DNA from: Fimbriosthenelais zetlandica
Lineage: Eukaryota
Assembly: GCA_977030845.1 (NCBI GenBank)
Contig: OZ365110.1
Coordinates: 15,872,001-15,936,000 of the forward strand
Direction: 5' to 3'
DNA: 64,000 nt
Under the pieces are notes generated by a model. The model saw nothing but the letters and a program-made list of their open reading frames with translations. It was not told the DNA's origin and did not search any database. Position 1 is the stretch's first letter. The number at the start of each line of letters is the position of its first letter. The translations under genes were made by a program, and so were the position numbers. Positions 24,926 to 36,800 of the stretch are shown piece by piece.

Positions 24926-26954
24926 TATTACTATCCTACTTAGCCCGTTGGAGTTAGCCCGTTGGAGTGCTCATTTGCATAGGTCACCAATCGTGACGAA
25001 ATTTTATTTTACGACATGTGTTTGTGTTTTAAAAAACATGTATTTTGCATAAAACCTTTAAATAGCATGCACCTCTGTTTGCTCTAACATGTCTTTGGTG
25101 GTTGGATAGGGGGAAAAAATTTCCATTTCCAAGAAATTTTCCATTGAAATTTACGACAAAACGGCTCGGACCCGGAAGCAATGGGGAACGGGGACCCCGA
25201 CCCCAAAATGGCGGCTCCAACTTTGCAAAGTTTCATGCCTTCCCATGACAGAAAAGGGCATTTTCTCACATCAAAACAGGCGAGTCGATTAGCAAAGATA
25301 GCGGCTGGTAAGGAAAAGATAAAATCAGAGCATTCTGAGTCATAGACAGGGCAGTCATCCAGTGTAAGTGACAAAACATAGAATAAAAACACAATAAAAT
25401 GCCTGCAGCCTATGCTCGAACAAAAGAAGGTCGGTTTTCAGTAGGGGGGTGCAAAGTTGAATAATTTTATAAATCATACACATGCTATTTTTCAACTTTA
25501 CTTTTATCTTTTGACTCCATAATACCTTCAATGGATTGCATTATCATTACTCCACGCTAAAATACAATTTATTTGCATTCTTATGGGGGTTATTTTCCTA
25601 GATGGGATTATAATAATTTAACCCTGCTGTCCCCTGATAAGTTTTGAACACCGCCATCTTGAAACTGCTACAAACTGCATGGCCTACTGGGGAATCAAAC
25701 TGACTCATTTTACCAAGCAATTTAGTCACTCCATATTAGCCTAGGCCCTATTTACCAGGATTCATTCACTTAAGCGGGACATTAGAAGAGTTAGAAGGTG
25801 GTAGGCCTATATTCTTCCGCCTCTGTCAGTATAGGCTATGTCTGCCGATGTCCAGTAAGGCAGTATAGGGTAATCCCGGGTTTTGTTGTCGGAGGCCGAG
25901 TGGAGGGCAGGCCGGCAGTGGGAGGGAAGGATGGTGGTATTAGTATATGGTAGAGTCTTTGGCTAGGTCAGGCAATACTGTCACTTCTTAAACAAGGGCC
26001 TCCGGCCACTAAGCAAATAGAAATTAAATTGATTAAATTTAAGTGTAAAAGATTAAATTTAAAAATAAAATCGGTCAGCCCCTTTAGGCCAACTAAGAAA
26101 ATATAATGTTATGTAGGCCTACATTGATTATTGGGACACAATATTGTGAACATTTTAAAATTTATTTATTTCAGAAAGGTCCCTCGGCCCCCGTGGGCTA
26201 ATTAATCAAATATAAAGTTCGGGTACCTGGTCATTGATTCAGTGCTAAACACGAAAATGAAAACAAAATCCACAAACATCTATTTTTTAAAAATGGCCAA
26301 GACCCCCTATAGATAGGGGTCAATACTAAACCCATTTTCTCTTCGTGCTATTAATAGTATTATAGCAAGTATAACAATGAGTAGGCTAGGCCTAGGTCTG
26401 TGGCTATGCAGAGACCCAATTGTGAATATTATAAAAGTATCTCTTTCAGATATATATTTTGTTTAATAGATATATATTTTGTTTAATTAATATTTCATTT
26501 AATACATGTCAGTGCATGTCACTGTCAGGGAATTCGCAAACAAATAGTAAAACATGACAATAACACCGAGGCTAAATATTAGGCCCTGCCAAATTTTGGT
26601 CTTCAATCAGATACACTATGTCACTGACAATATAAATTAATAATAATTAGTATTTCCGTAAGATAAATCCGTAATATACCGGTAAACCATATTGCGATTT
26701 CACTGTCACCGATAGGCCCTAAATTTAATATAATTATAATATTACAGGCATTTATATGATCTAGGCCTATAGGGAAAATTCAAACTGCTGTTAGTGTTAG
26801 CATGTAGGCCTAATCAATGTAGGCCTAGGCTACTTTGTATTTTCTTAGTTTGCCTACAGGGGCTGATCGATTTTATTTTTAAATTTAGTCTTTTACACTT
26901 AAATTTAAACAAATTAGTTTCTATTTGCTTAGTGGCCGAAGGCCCTTGTACATG
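24926..26954. mobile_element. ~2.03-kb unclassified non-coding insertion inside SINE A copy 2
   Basis: Defined by the interruption of the SINE, whose two halves rejoin seamlessly apart from 1-4 ambiguous bases. It starts with a 14-bp tandem duplication TTAGCCCGTTGGAG (24940-24967). No long ORF. Confidence 0.75.
25993..26948. mobile_element. Non-autonomous element with ~113-bp terminal inverted repeats
   Basis: 25993-26105 (CAAGGGCCTCCGGCCACTAAGCAAATAG...AAGAAAATATA) is roughly 90% identical by eye to the reverse complement of ~26836-26948. No clear TSD. Confidence 0.75.
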
Positions 26955-27008
26955 TATAACTGAAAAATTGTTCAAAAGTGACGTTAAACCCCATTCAATC
27001 AATCAATA
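26955..27008 (+). mobile_element. SINE family A, copy 2, 3' tail
   Basis: TATAACTGAAAAATTGTTCAAAAGTGACGTTAAACCCCATTCAATCAATCAAT matches the tail of copy 1. It is followed by the right TSD ACCATTGGGGTGC (27009-27021; 12/13 match to the left TSD). Confidence 0.88.
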
Positions 27009-27021
27009 ACCATTGGGGTGC

Positions 27022-27568
27022 TCTTCACTATGAGGAGGCGCAAAAAGAGCCGAAAGTCACGTACCACGTGACCACGCCGAGAACAATAACAAACATGGCG
27101 TCTCGATCAGCTGAGAGCAGTGATAGCGAAGGGAGTGAGTTCGATTTTGGGGTGAATCCTTCCCAACTGGAACCGTTCATGTTCGAACCCACTTGCGGCA
27201 CATCCCGGCATATTTCCCCGTTTCCATATAAAATCAATTGTATATATCGGTAGCTCTATGGCTTTCCATGAGGAAAGCTCCGCGCTCCACACATGAGAAT
27301 GTTTATGTTTGAGAAACGGGAAGTACTCTCTTCGCGCATGCGCATTGGCCTCACAGTCTGGACCATGACATCATGCGACATACAAAATGGCCTCCGTGTT
27401 GACGCGAGGAAAGTTAGCGCGAAGGAGCGAGAAGGAGCAAGACGGCGCCGGTTTCTGAACGCTTGATTTATGAACGGTACACGTTTATTTCTTGAAGCTT
27501 CCGTGACCGTTAGTATTCATATTTAGCTAACTGTAGGCCGTCATGTTATATCTGACCGGAATTTTCCT
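27022..27568. mobile_element. Probable Kolobok-type internal-deletion derivative (right part; left end unresolved)
   Basis: CpG-rich. Plus-strand ATG at 27095 opens MASRSAESSDSEGSEFDFGVNPSQLEPFMFEP. Minus-strand ATG at 27211 opens MPGCAASG (THAP-like start). The segment ends in ..TTCCT|TTAA at 27568-27572. Confidence 0.4.
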
Positions 27569-30500
27569 TTAAGGAATTATAACCAGTACTAATGTACATA
27601 TGCACATAAGATCATTTTCAGGCCTGAGAAACCGAATGATATAGTTCTAGCCTATCTACACGCCAAAAGTGAAACACATTAGACCATAATGGTACCTTAC
27701 CAGTAATGCAGATCCTGAAGAATGAATTTAAGATAGGATTACTGATAAAATTAGGTGTGTCAGTACAGATAAGCCATGAGAGAACGATCTAATAAGTAAA
27801 CAGAGGTCACGGTATAAACTAAGTTTGTTCTTATGATATTAAAGTTCTCTTTTACCATCACATCATGCATACAGTACATGTACTTTATGAAAATATTGTT
27901 ACTGATAATGCATAGCTTAACATGTAGCATTCATTTGTACTACCCGAGTAGCACAGACCTGCAACAGAGCAATAAATGACCCTTTGACATCGCAACATTT
28001 TAAAATACTTTCAAAGCCATTCTAAAAGTCATCACAGTTTGAAGAATTAAATAAATAAAGAATGGGCAACAGGAAAGGCAAACTCCTATGGCAGAATTGA
28101 TTGAGAATGTCGTAAAAGGGCAATTTGCCATGCTTTAACAGCTAGTCGCATGGCCTATTAACCTTTGTCCCCAGATGGAGGTCATGTGACCGATTCACAG
28201 GTGGCGCCCTCAGGAGAGGTGCCTTCAATCCTTGGCAGCTTGGTTAGAGAGAAGACTAGCAGTATGGAATGGGAGGTGGGGGATTGTAGTTGATGGGGAG
28301 GGGATAAGGTAGGGGGTTGTAGAATGGGGTATAGGGTAGTGATCAGACTTCCATTATGGAAGAGCAATCAGAACACCAGAGCACGGTGAATGTCATCCAC
28401 GTAGGGTAGCGAGGGGAGACCCAGAGGTTCCCAGCTTCTCTCCCAATTCATTGCAAATACGGCGGATGGCCTATAACGTCAGCAACTACCTCAATGAATT
28501 GCTGTCCTCCGGAGCTATCCTGGTGCTATATTTCCCAGGGGAAACAGGCAGAATGTAATCCGGAAGCTCCCTGCTCCTCATCTTCCCACACACAAATGTT
28601 GTTTCCACATAAAAATGGTCCTGGTGGCCACAAATGTAATACCATATGGGTGGTTATAAGTGCACCAAAGTGAGAGTGAGAGACATTGATTCATGTGGAA
28701 TTCACCTCAGAAACCGATTGTTGCGTGCGTGTGATCTTTGTATCTATGATTAGAAGCTGGTAGTCAATGAGACAACTCTTCTACCTAGAATCATGACAAA
28801 TAAAGTTGGCATCGGATACAAATTGGTATCTCCTGATTATTTAAGAAGTTTCGAGAGAAGAAAGAGAGACATGTACAATAAACGATGGTGTAGGATCGAT
28901 ACCTATATAATGGATCAACACAGGAAATACCTGTGCAACAGGATGGATTAGTCTGTATAGAAGATAGAGGAGAGGACAGATGGTAGGTGACACATGCATG
29001 AAGACCCGAATTCGGTCCAGTATTGGAGCATGCAGGGTAAAAATAAATTGAAATGATGAAAGGCAAAGAAAATGAAGCATGCATTGAAAGTGACAGCAAT
29101 CAGATGAGGGAAAAATTCATTTGCAAATGGTATTTGCCGGGCCATGTAAATGCATTAAGGATGCGGAGTTTGCTCAGGTTTACATTATCGATTGCTGGTT
29201 CAGCATTAGAGTAAAGAGAGCCACATTGTTAATGCAGCTAATGGACAGAGGTATACAAAGTCAGATAAATATAATTATTGATTTCCAGTTTTTATATCTG
29301 AATCATTTATGCCCTGTATCTTTAAGTCCGACACCTAATCTTTGTCTCCAATCCTGTTATATATACTTTTCATGTTGAAATGTAAAGTATGAAAATTTAA
29401 AAGTGGAAAATAATATTGGGGAGATAAAGCAGGATATGAAAAATATAGCTTTCCATTACAAAAGTCCTCTTAGAGACAACATTGAACTATTCATCCTGGT
29501 ATTGAATAAACCCAACCCCATTTAGAGAGGTGTAAGTTACTGTGGCGGAAACATTTGATAGTGTAAAAATATAGATAATAAACTTTTACTGCATATTACG
29601 ATACACAACGGAATTATGATACCTTAGAATGCACTGCATTATGCATGGAATTAGGAAATTGAATTTCCATTCCAAGTTGGAGATGGAATGAGATGTACTC
29701 TTCGCCTAGCTGCCTTATCACACAGACTTGACAAGGTAACATCAAGACACCTTTGGCACAGCCATCAAAATGGTAAATGAGAAGTTGGAGAATAGGAATG
29801 AGTACCTAGGGTTTCCTCTTATTGAGCCTCAGAGAATTATGAGATGTGCTGTAGCCTGATAGGAGATAAGGCCGCCTATAATTCTCCATCGTCTGATTTT
29901 TCATTAAAAAAACAATAATATAAAATTGACGATTGGATTTTTTCACTAGACTGAGGGACAAGGATAATTATCAGATTGAGATAAAATAGAGAACAAGAGT
30001 TTGGGGAAATGGTTTTATAAGAAAATTCTTGTTTCGCATCTTTATCTATAATTCGACCACCATTGCCTCGATGTTCCAATAAATCATTGCAATAAAATCA
30101 TGTATTAATATATAATGCTGAAATCCAACCGTTCGACTGTAATATTGGTGTATATATTTCTGCATGACTTGCTGGTGTTTTAGGGTATTCCCAAGAACAT
30201 TTTCCATAAACCTGCTCAGAAAGTTAGAGGACTAAGCAGACGCATGGCAGCTGTCAAGTAACAGTTGCAAGTTATTTACAGGAGCGAGGAGCTGTGTTCA
30301 ATTGTACTTAATGTGGTTATTCCAGGAGATGAAAGCCAGACGTAAAGGATCCCTTCTATCAAGCAGTCTGCAGCTTCGTGTAACAAGTCCTTCTAAGAAT
30401 TCTTTAATGGGACTCTCTAATTCCTCTTAGCTTATTTTTCAAAAACATTTATTTATAGCCTATATTATAATGTACCATCTTACTTAATAAAGTCTCAATT

Positions 30501-33206
30501 GGACAATATGAGTCTGTTAATTCTTCCTTCAGTATTGGTTTCCTTTATTGTTTTCACATCACTCAAGATTGAGCCACCAGTGGGTGCATGGACAAGACTG
30601 GTTAAATGTACATGTACTTCTTGTTGGCATCAACTCGGTAATATCTGTCCATTCTATACTTGAAGGTCAAACATGTTGTTGTGAATGTATTGGTTTTTCA
30701 TCAATGTCTCATGTTCCATTCTCCTAAATGAATACCGAAGAAGAATGTAACAGGACATGTGCAAGAAGGCACATGAGAAGGTTGCTGATAAGATTCCTGA
30801 TATGGGTTCATCATATCGCTACTAATTCATGAAAATGAGCCGCATCAAGCAATATAATGGCAAGTGATATCAGTCAGTCCGATTTTGCTTGGTTTGCAAA
30901 ATCAGTATTTGAAGAAGCATTTCATGATTGTAGGATACATGCCTGGGGCATATACAAAGTCTCTCTCTGAGCACAAGTAAAATTGAAACAGGAAGCTGAT
31001 AAAGATGCTCCTGCTCCATTTCTTTAGTCCCTGTACCTCACTCACTTGTGCTATCGTTAAGAGAAGATTTATGTGACAGCAGATCCTCCCTACACTCCCC
31101 TTGGGACATGATAATAAGATAATGTGGACCGTAGGAGCGGCAATAAGTCCCAATGCTTGTAATGGAAATGATTCAAAACATCTTCTAATGGCATTCTATG
31201 ACACCCTGTGCTCTCGGTCAGGGACGCAGACACACTCATGTATCGACTCCCGGTCTCTAATCTCCCTCTATCGGCATATGTTGTAACATTAGGTGGTGTT
31301 GGAGGTCATAGTCTTTATTTATTAGGGCACAAAAAGGACATAGCTTCAATGGACATTAATAATGTACTCAAAAGGGGGGTGCTTGAACCCTGCTGATGTG
31401 AATTTTGATTAGGTTCATAGAAAGCAATATTTCCTGGAAAATATAGTTCTCGGATGACATTTAGGTGAATTTCATTCTGTATTATGTATTATCACAAACT
31501 TTACTACATCAGGGCCATGCTTCATAAGATAAGTTTGCCTAAATTAGCTTGAAAACTCACGACTCGCTGTTGCTAGGACAAGTTTGTTATAACGCAGGCC
31601 ACAGATTTCAACTGGTAACTGTTCAAATGAGATTAAATGAATACAATTTGCATTCTACATTGACTTTCGCTCTTGTCACATTTGTCAGAATAGTGTCCTT
31701 CCATATTATTCTAGCCTCGTCTGGAACATACAAAGCTTTATAGTCCTCTGAGACTCACGTCAATCCATCTACACCCGTTGCTGAATATGGATTTCCCTTA
31801 CATAGTTCCGCCCACTATGAGTGGCATTTCTTGACATTGACAAAGTGCTAACAAGCATTCTCTGGTCGTTTATAAATGGCAGAGCATTCAGCTCATATGG
31901 TGGTGCAAGGTCTCTATCATGTTCGTCTGCACGTTCAGCCACGATGCAGCGGGAACGGACACCTCGGATTACAGCCACATTTTGTCCAGCTAATATGCCA
32001 CATAAAATGTTAAATCCTAATTGGAAGGATCCGATGGCAATTGGCTGTGTTAGCACGTGCTGGGCAAGCATCTCAAGTCTAATCATTGAAGAAAACAAGC
32101 TTGAGAGGTTCTAGCAATGCATTTGATGTGGCAGCCTTATTAGCCTGGGTTGCGAATGAATATTTTAAGTGGGACAGAAACAATTTTGACTCGTCCAAGC
32201 CCAGAACAATGGTCGAGATGGATGTTGCACTGGGGAGTGATATGGGGGGTGGTCCTCTTCTCTCTCCCTGCAGCCTTTGGGGACCACCTCTGATTAAATA
32301 ATGCATGGAGGATATGAAATTCTCTCCCGTGTTTCATCATCACCCAGTTCACCGCTCGATGTCACTGCTATGTTGACTTGTCCTTCCGGGTATCTTTGCA
32401 TTCTGACTCTTTCCTCTCGTGTCAAACCATCCACATAGTACCGGCTGACATCTGACAATAGACTCGTATAGTAGCGAGGCAAAATTCACCAGCAGAGGGC
32501 TGGCCTTTCTCCTCCCCATGGACCCACGTGGTCATATACCTTGTTGCATACTATTCAACACTCGATGAGTTTTGATTCTAGTGCACTGTTTCCAGGGTTA
32601 TTTATCATGGCTCAAATTCACCAACAATTCCTGCCAATTGCTCAGACACTATAGAAGGGGTTGTTGATGTGGGGGATATTCAGACCACTCTGCCCTTAAC
32701 GTCACAGCCTTCATAAGGCAAACACATTGAGGAAATGTATAGCCTCGTAAGCATTATTTGTGTTTGGTGGGAGGGATTGGGACCCAGCCTTCCTCTTTCC
32801 CCATGTCCCAGGCGAACATGAGGGCTCGCCCATCCGATTGAAAAACATGTCTGCTAGGCAGGACAAATGCCCCCGATGTGTGCGGGACAATAGCAGCGGA
32901 CCCGCCCATAGGACGCCCCCTACCAACAACACCTCTGGGCAGCGATGAATATTTTACTGTGTATGCCATTCATCTTAAGTCGGGTCGCCAACGTCGTGTC
33001 GTCAAGGGCCCACTCGGGAACTTCCGGTCGTGTTTCTGATTGCAGAGGGCGCAACTTTTTTCTGACTTGTAGTTGGGTTCGCTCAGTAACACACCAGTAA
33101 ATTGACAAAGATGGGTTTGCATGAATATCATAGGTTCTCTGAGGAACAATGAGAACTAACTTGATTCATCATTTGCGTAAGTTGTACCTTTGGCTAATCT
33201 TTCTTA

Positions 33207-33337
33207 AGCGTGTAATCCACTTAGGATCCGATGGATCCGATTCTCGCTTACTTACAAGACCTTATGAAATCTAACGAGACTTTAGTTCATAGATCTATAC
33301 AAATCGGAACCGTTGTATTCCAACTGGATTACACGCT
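33207..33337. mobile_element. Short MITE (Harbinger/Tourist-like)
   Basis: TIRs AGCGTGTAATCCA ... TGGATTACACGCT with TTA at 33204-33206 and 33338-33340. Confidence 0.75.
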
Positions 33338-33486
33338 TTAAGAAACAGGACACACTGTTAAAAAACCTGTTAAAACTAAGTGGCCGCCATTTAAAAACAC
33401 GCAATGTCACGTAGAATGAACATACCTAATGTGCACATGTTCCGATCTTATTATCCAAATCATCTGTACATACACAGCCCGTCTAA

Positions 33487-33893
33487 AGCCGGGCATCCAC
33501 CTTTCCGATTTTTGTCGGAACCGATTTTGATATTTCCCAAAAAAATCGTACAACAATCTGATCCGATTTGGAACCGATTCTGAGGATCAGATTCCATTTC
33601 CACAGTACCGATTTTTCTGGTAGGATTTTTGATCGGTTCTGGGCAAAATCGGATCCGATCTTATTTCCATATGTCCGATTTGATCTGATCGTATCCGAAA
33701 ATCGGTAGGGGTACCGATTGGGACGAACCAGACCGTCCCAGTCGGTAGTACCTACCGATTTTGATCCGATTTAAAAATCGGTATCAGATTGTTATTTCCA
33801 CCTTTCAGACTCAATTTTCAATCGGATCAGATTTCCAAAAAAATCTGATCCGATCAATTTTGACCCGATAATCGGATAGGTGGAATCCAGGCT
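33487..33893. mobile_element. 407-bp MITE (Harbinger/Tourist-like) rich in CCGAT/ATCGG subterminal motifs
   Basis: TIRs AGCCGGGCATCCACCT(T)TCCGATT ... AATCGGATAGGTGGAATCCAGGCT with TAA at 33484-33486 and 33894-33896. Many internal CCGAT/ATCGG copies and a central hairpin (TGGGACG..CGTCCCA). Confidence 0.85.
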
Positions 33894-36800
33894 TAAGGCT
33901 ATTTCACTTAAAGCAAGCTATCGGTGAGCCTATACGCCTGCACATTGATGTAGATAGACCAGCATAGGCCTATACACCTTTGTATGTGGAGTATCATAAT
34001 GCACTAGGCCTACTACTAAGCAAGTCACTCGATACTATTTTTGGACACTTTCGCACTTTCGACAGTTACTACAATCCTTTTTAAAAGGCCCTCCTAGAGT
34101 GCGAGATGGTCATTATAGTGAATGCCTTTGAGTTTCTAATGTTTGCCTTTCGACGAAAAATGGTTGAGTCCATCAGTATCCAATCTATTTCATAATATAC
34201 GCAATCTGGATTTTCTCCTTATACTGTCATTTTCAAATGGGGACCAATAATTGAAGCCAACAACTAAATGAATAGACAGCTGAATAAAGAGGCCATCCTT
34301 ATGAACGTCTTTATCAATACGCCAAGCTTATCCCACTCCAGTCAGCATCTCTCTTTCTCTAACCAGGCCCCGAGAGATACGGAGCATTAAGACATATTAT
34401 TAGATTATCACAGAGGGAGACAATGTGGGGGACCCCAATCGGAGGACATACGATTCGTCCATACCCCTATCCCTAACCACTCCACCTGGGGAGACAGTAG
34501 GCCCCTTACAACCATCCATCATTCCTAGCTTATTTCCCCTCGATGGAGATGGAGATAGAGGCCCAGCCCTCACTGGGGGACCCTCTATCTCAGTCAGAAT
34601 ATTGCACATGGAAATTTCTCATTTTTTGTATTATTGTCCCCTTCCCACTCTACATCCTTTCCCCTTTCCACTTTTCTTCCTGCTCTTCCTGCCTTAATAT
34701 ACAACATGTTTGCGCCCAATTGGAAGCCAGAATAAAGATGTCTGATGGTTTTCTGTAGGGCAGGAACTACATACATTGACAGCACTGTTAGTTGGTACCA
34801 CAAAACCCCTTATAAAACTTGCCTAATGAAGGCGCATTTTATGTTATTGCCCTGCCAATCTCTGTCACCAGGATTCAGGTCCCGCTGCAGTATATTTCCT
34901 ATAAAGATAGGGAGCTGCCTGTAGAGGATAGTACCCAGGCGCTCTATCCCTAAACAAGAACAACTTCTGTACTTGTCACTGGATATCACATTCAACTTTG
35001 GACGTTTGCTTATCATGTGACTATGTATGAAGAGATGACATGTTTTCAGTTTGACGTTGGCGTTGGACGTTCAGGCGTCCGGCAGTTGCTGAAAGTATCT
35101 TGAATTAGTGATGATCTGCAGCCAGACCTGTCAGGCATAGCCTCTGACTTCTCCCTAGTTTGGACGAATAAATGCATACTGAAGCACATTCCTTGGGTTT
35201 CCTGTGCCCCCGCCATTCTATTCCAAAGATCCTAAATCCTCTCCCAAGTCTGCTTTAGTAAGACTCTAAAGCTATACATCATTTTTCTCCAAGGCCCTGC
35301 ATGACAAACATGCTAATGTGGGACATCGATTTACCATTGAGGCTTAGCCTGCAAATGCAATATTTCGAGATAATCCCTAAAAGGCTCCAACCTCAATACT
35401 CGCTGCTAATGCCGATCTTTTCCACTCAAATCACTCTATTTATAAACACTGACTTGAGACCTGAATTTTCTTAGAGGTCCCATTGAGCTAGGTCTCCCGC
35501 CAGTAATTCCAGAATCATTAAAGTTTCAGGAATAATGCTGCTCAATCCGAGTGGGAGAAAATAGCTAATCTAATCGCGTTTCCATTTCCTTAGGGAGGTG
35601 GTAGATTGGCTTCTCTTAATGAGGGCACTGGCTGGGTTGTGTATATTTAACAGTTTGCATGCGATGGATATTTGAGTTTACATGTAATCCAATGATCTCA
35701 TTATTATATATAGATTTTACAGCTGTTAAAATTTAGTTTGCATAAGAGCATGCATAATCTTTAGATTTTAACGTACTGTATAATATATCTACTTACTACA
35801 ATGAGATATTTCAACTAATCTAAAATCTTTCCACTGCTAATCCATAATTAAAAATAATTAAAAAAAAATCAGATTATCATTGTTGACCTTCATTTAATTT
35901 TGTAACAAACATGTCAATACAGGCCTCTAAAGTTTCACCATGAAAGCACTTTTTCGACACAATATTCTGCCGTTCACATCTACATTGGACGCCATTTTTA
36001 ATCTCCTTTTGAAACCATTCAGCCATTTTAAGTTTTTTTCCCTACGATAAAGCTTTCACCAATCAATGGCGTATCTCCAATACTAGAGAGAAAAAGATAA
36101 TACGCATGATGGACAATTTACGTTACACTTGATTATTCTTTTGGTAATTGGATTTCCACATACTGAATGTTATTAGTAACACGAAGAGTTGTAATCAACT
36201 GACAATCAATGTATAGATCCATTTATGGAGCTGCTTCCAAACCATTGAATGACCAAAGCAATGTTAGTTTAGAAAATACTGGGAACTAATAATCATCAGC
36301 CAGAGACTAAAGAAAAATGTAACCCCATAGCTCAAAATCTCTTAGAATACTTAGTGTTCTGGTGGGAAGAGCAAGCTCAGAAAAATCATTACTGGGATCT
36401 ATAAGTTTGCGAGCCGGAGTAAAAACCAACTCGGTGTGGAAAGCAAATGAACATCAATCGATCAGAACAGGCCTGTATCTATTGTTGGGATATTAAAACA
36501 AACACCAATTAAAAAACACGAGACGGCGATGGCCGACAAAGTATCTAATTATCAACATCAATGTGGATTAGGCTTTTCTGGCGGCTTGGGATCGCCGAGA
36601 TTACCCTGTCTCGGTTCTTTAAGATATTTAAAGACCTATCCTATAGGATGATGTATGGATGGATGTTTCAGTCGCCCAGCAGGACACATCAGTGAAGTTC
36701 ATTATTTTATGAAGTGAGTTCTGCCGCCGCCACGAAGCAATGCCATTAAAATTACATTAATGAATCACTGGGCAAATGGGAGAAAAGCACAACATTAATG

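Larger units (their letters stand above)
29400..35600 (-). mobile_element. Highly decayed L1/Tx1-type LINE remnant interrupted by later insertions (boundaries approximate)
   Basis: Motif fragments fall in the expected order on the minus strand: ORF1-like ..AHR.. (~35200); EN-like KLNVIS / IFIGNILQRD (34810-35016) and LTVLSMYVVP (~34790); ATGVDGLT*VSEDYKALY (~31780-31720; cf. KSPGxDGLxxEFYK); CPKGSVG (~31100); C-terminal CQVC..GEE..H (~29720). All frames are broken. Confidence 0.38.

Noticed and set aside
27707-27720. 14-nt minus-strand micro-exon between a good acceptor and GTAAGG
   Set aside because: There is no way to support it without transcripts, and its coding content is uninformative.
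31769-32098. 109-aa minus-strand ORF as an exon of gene 2
   Set aside because: It has possible splice sites (32078/31802) but no recognisable domain. It lies directly upstream of a LINE-like GVDGLT..E.YK fragment, so the LINE ORF2 linker is the simpler explanation.
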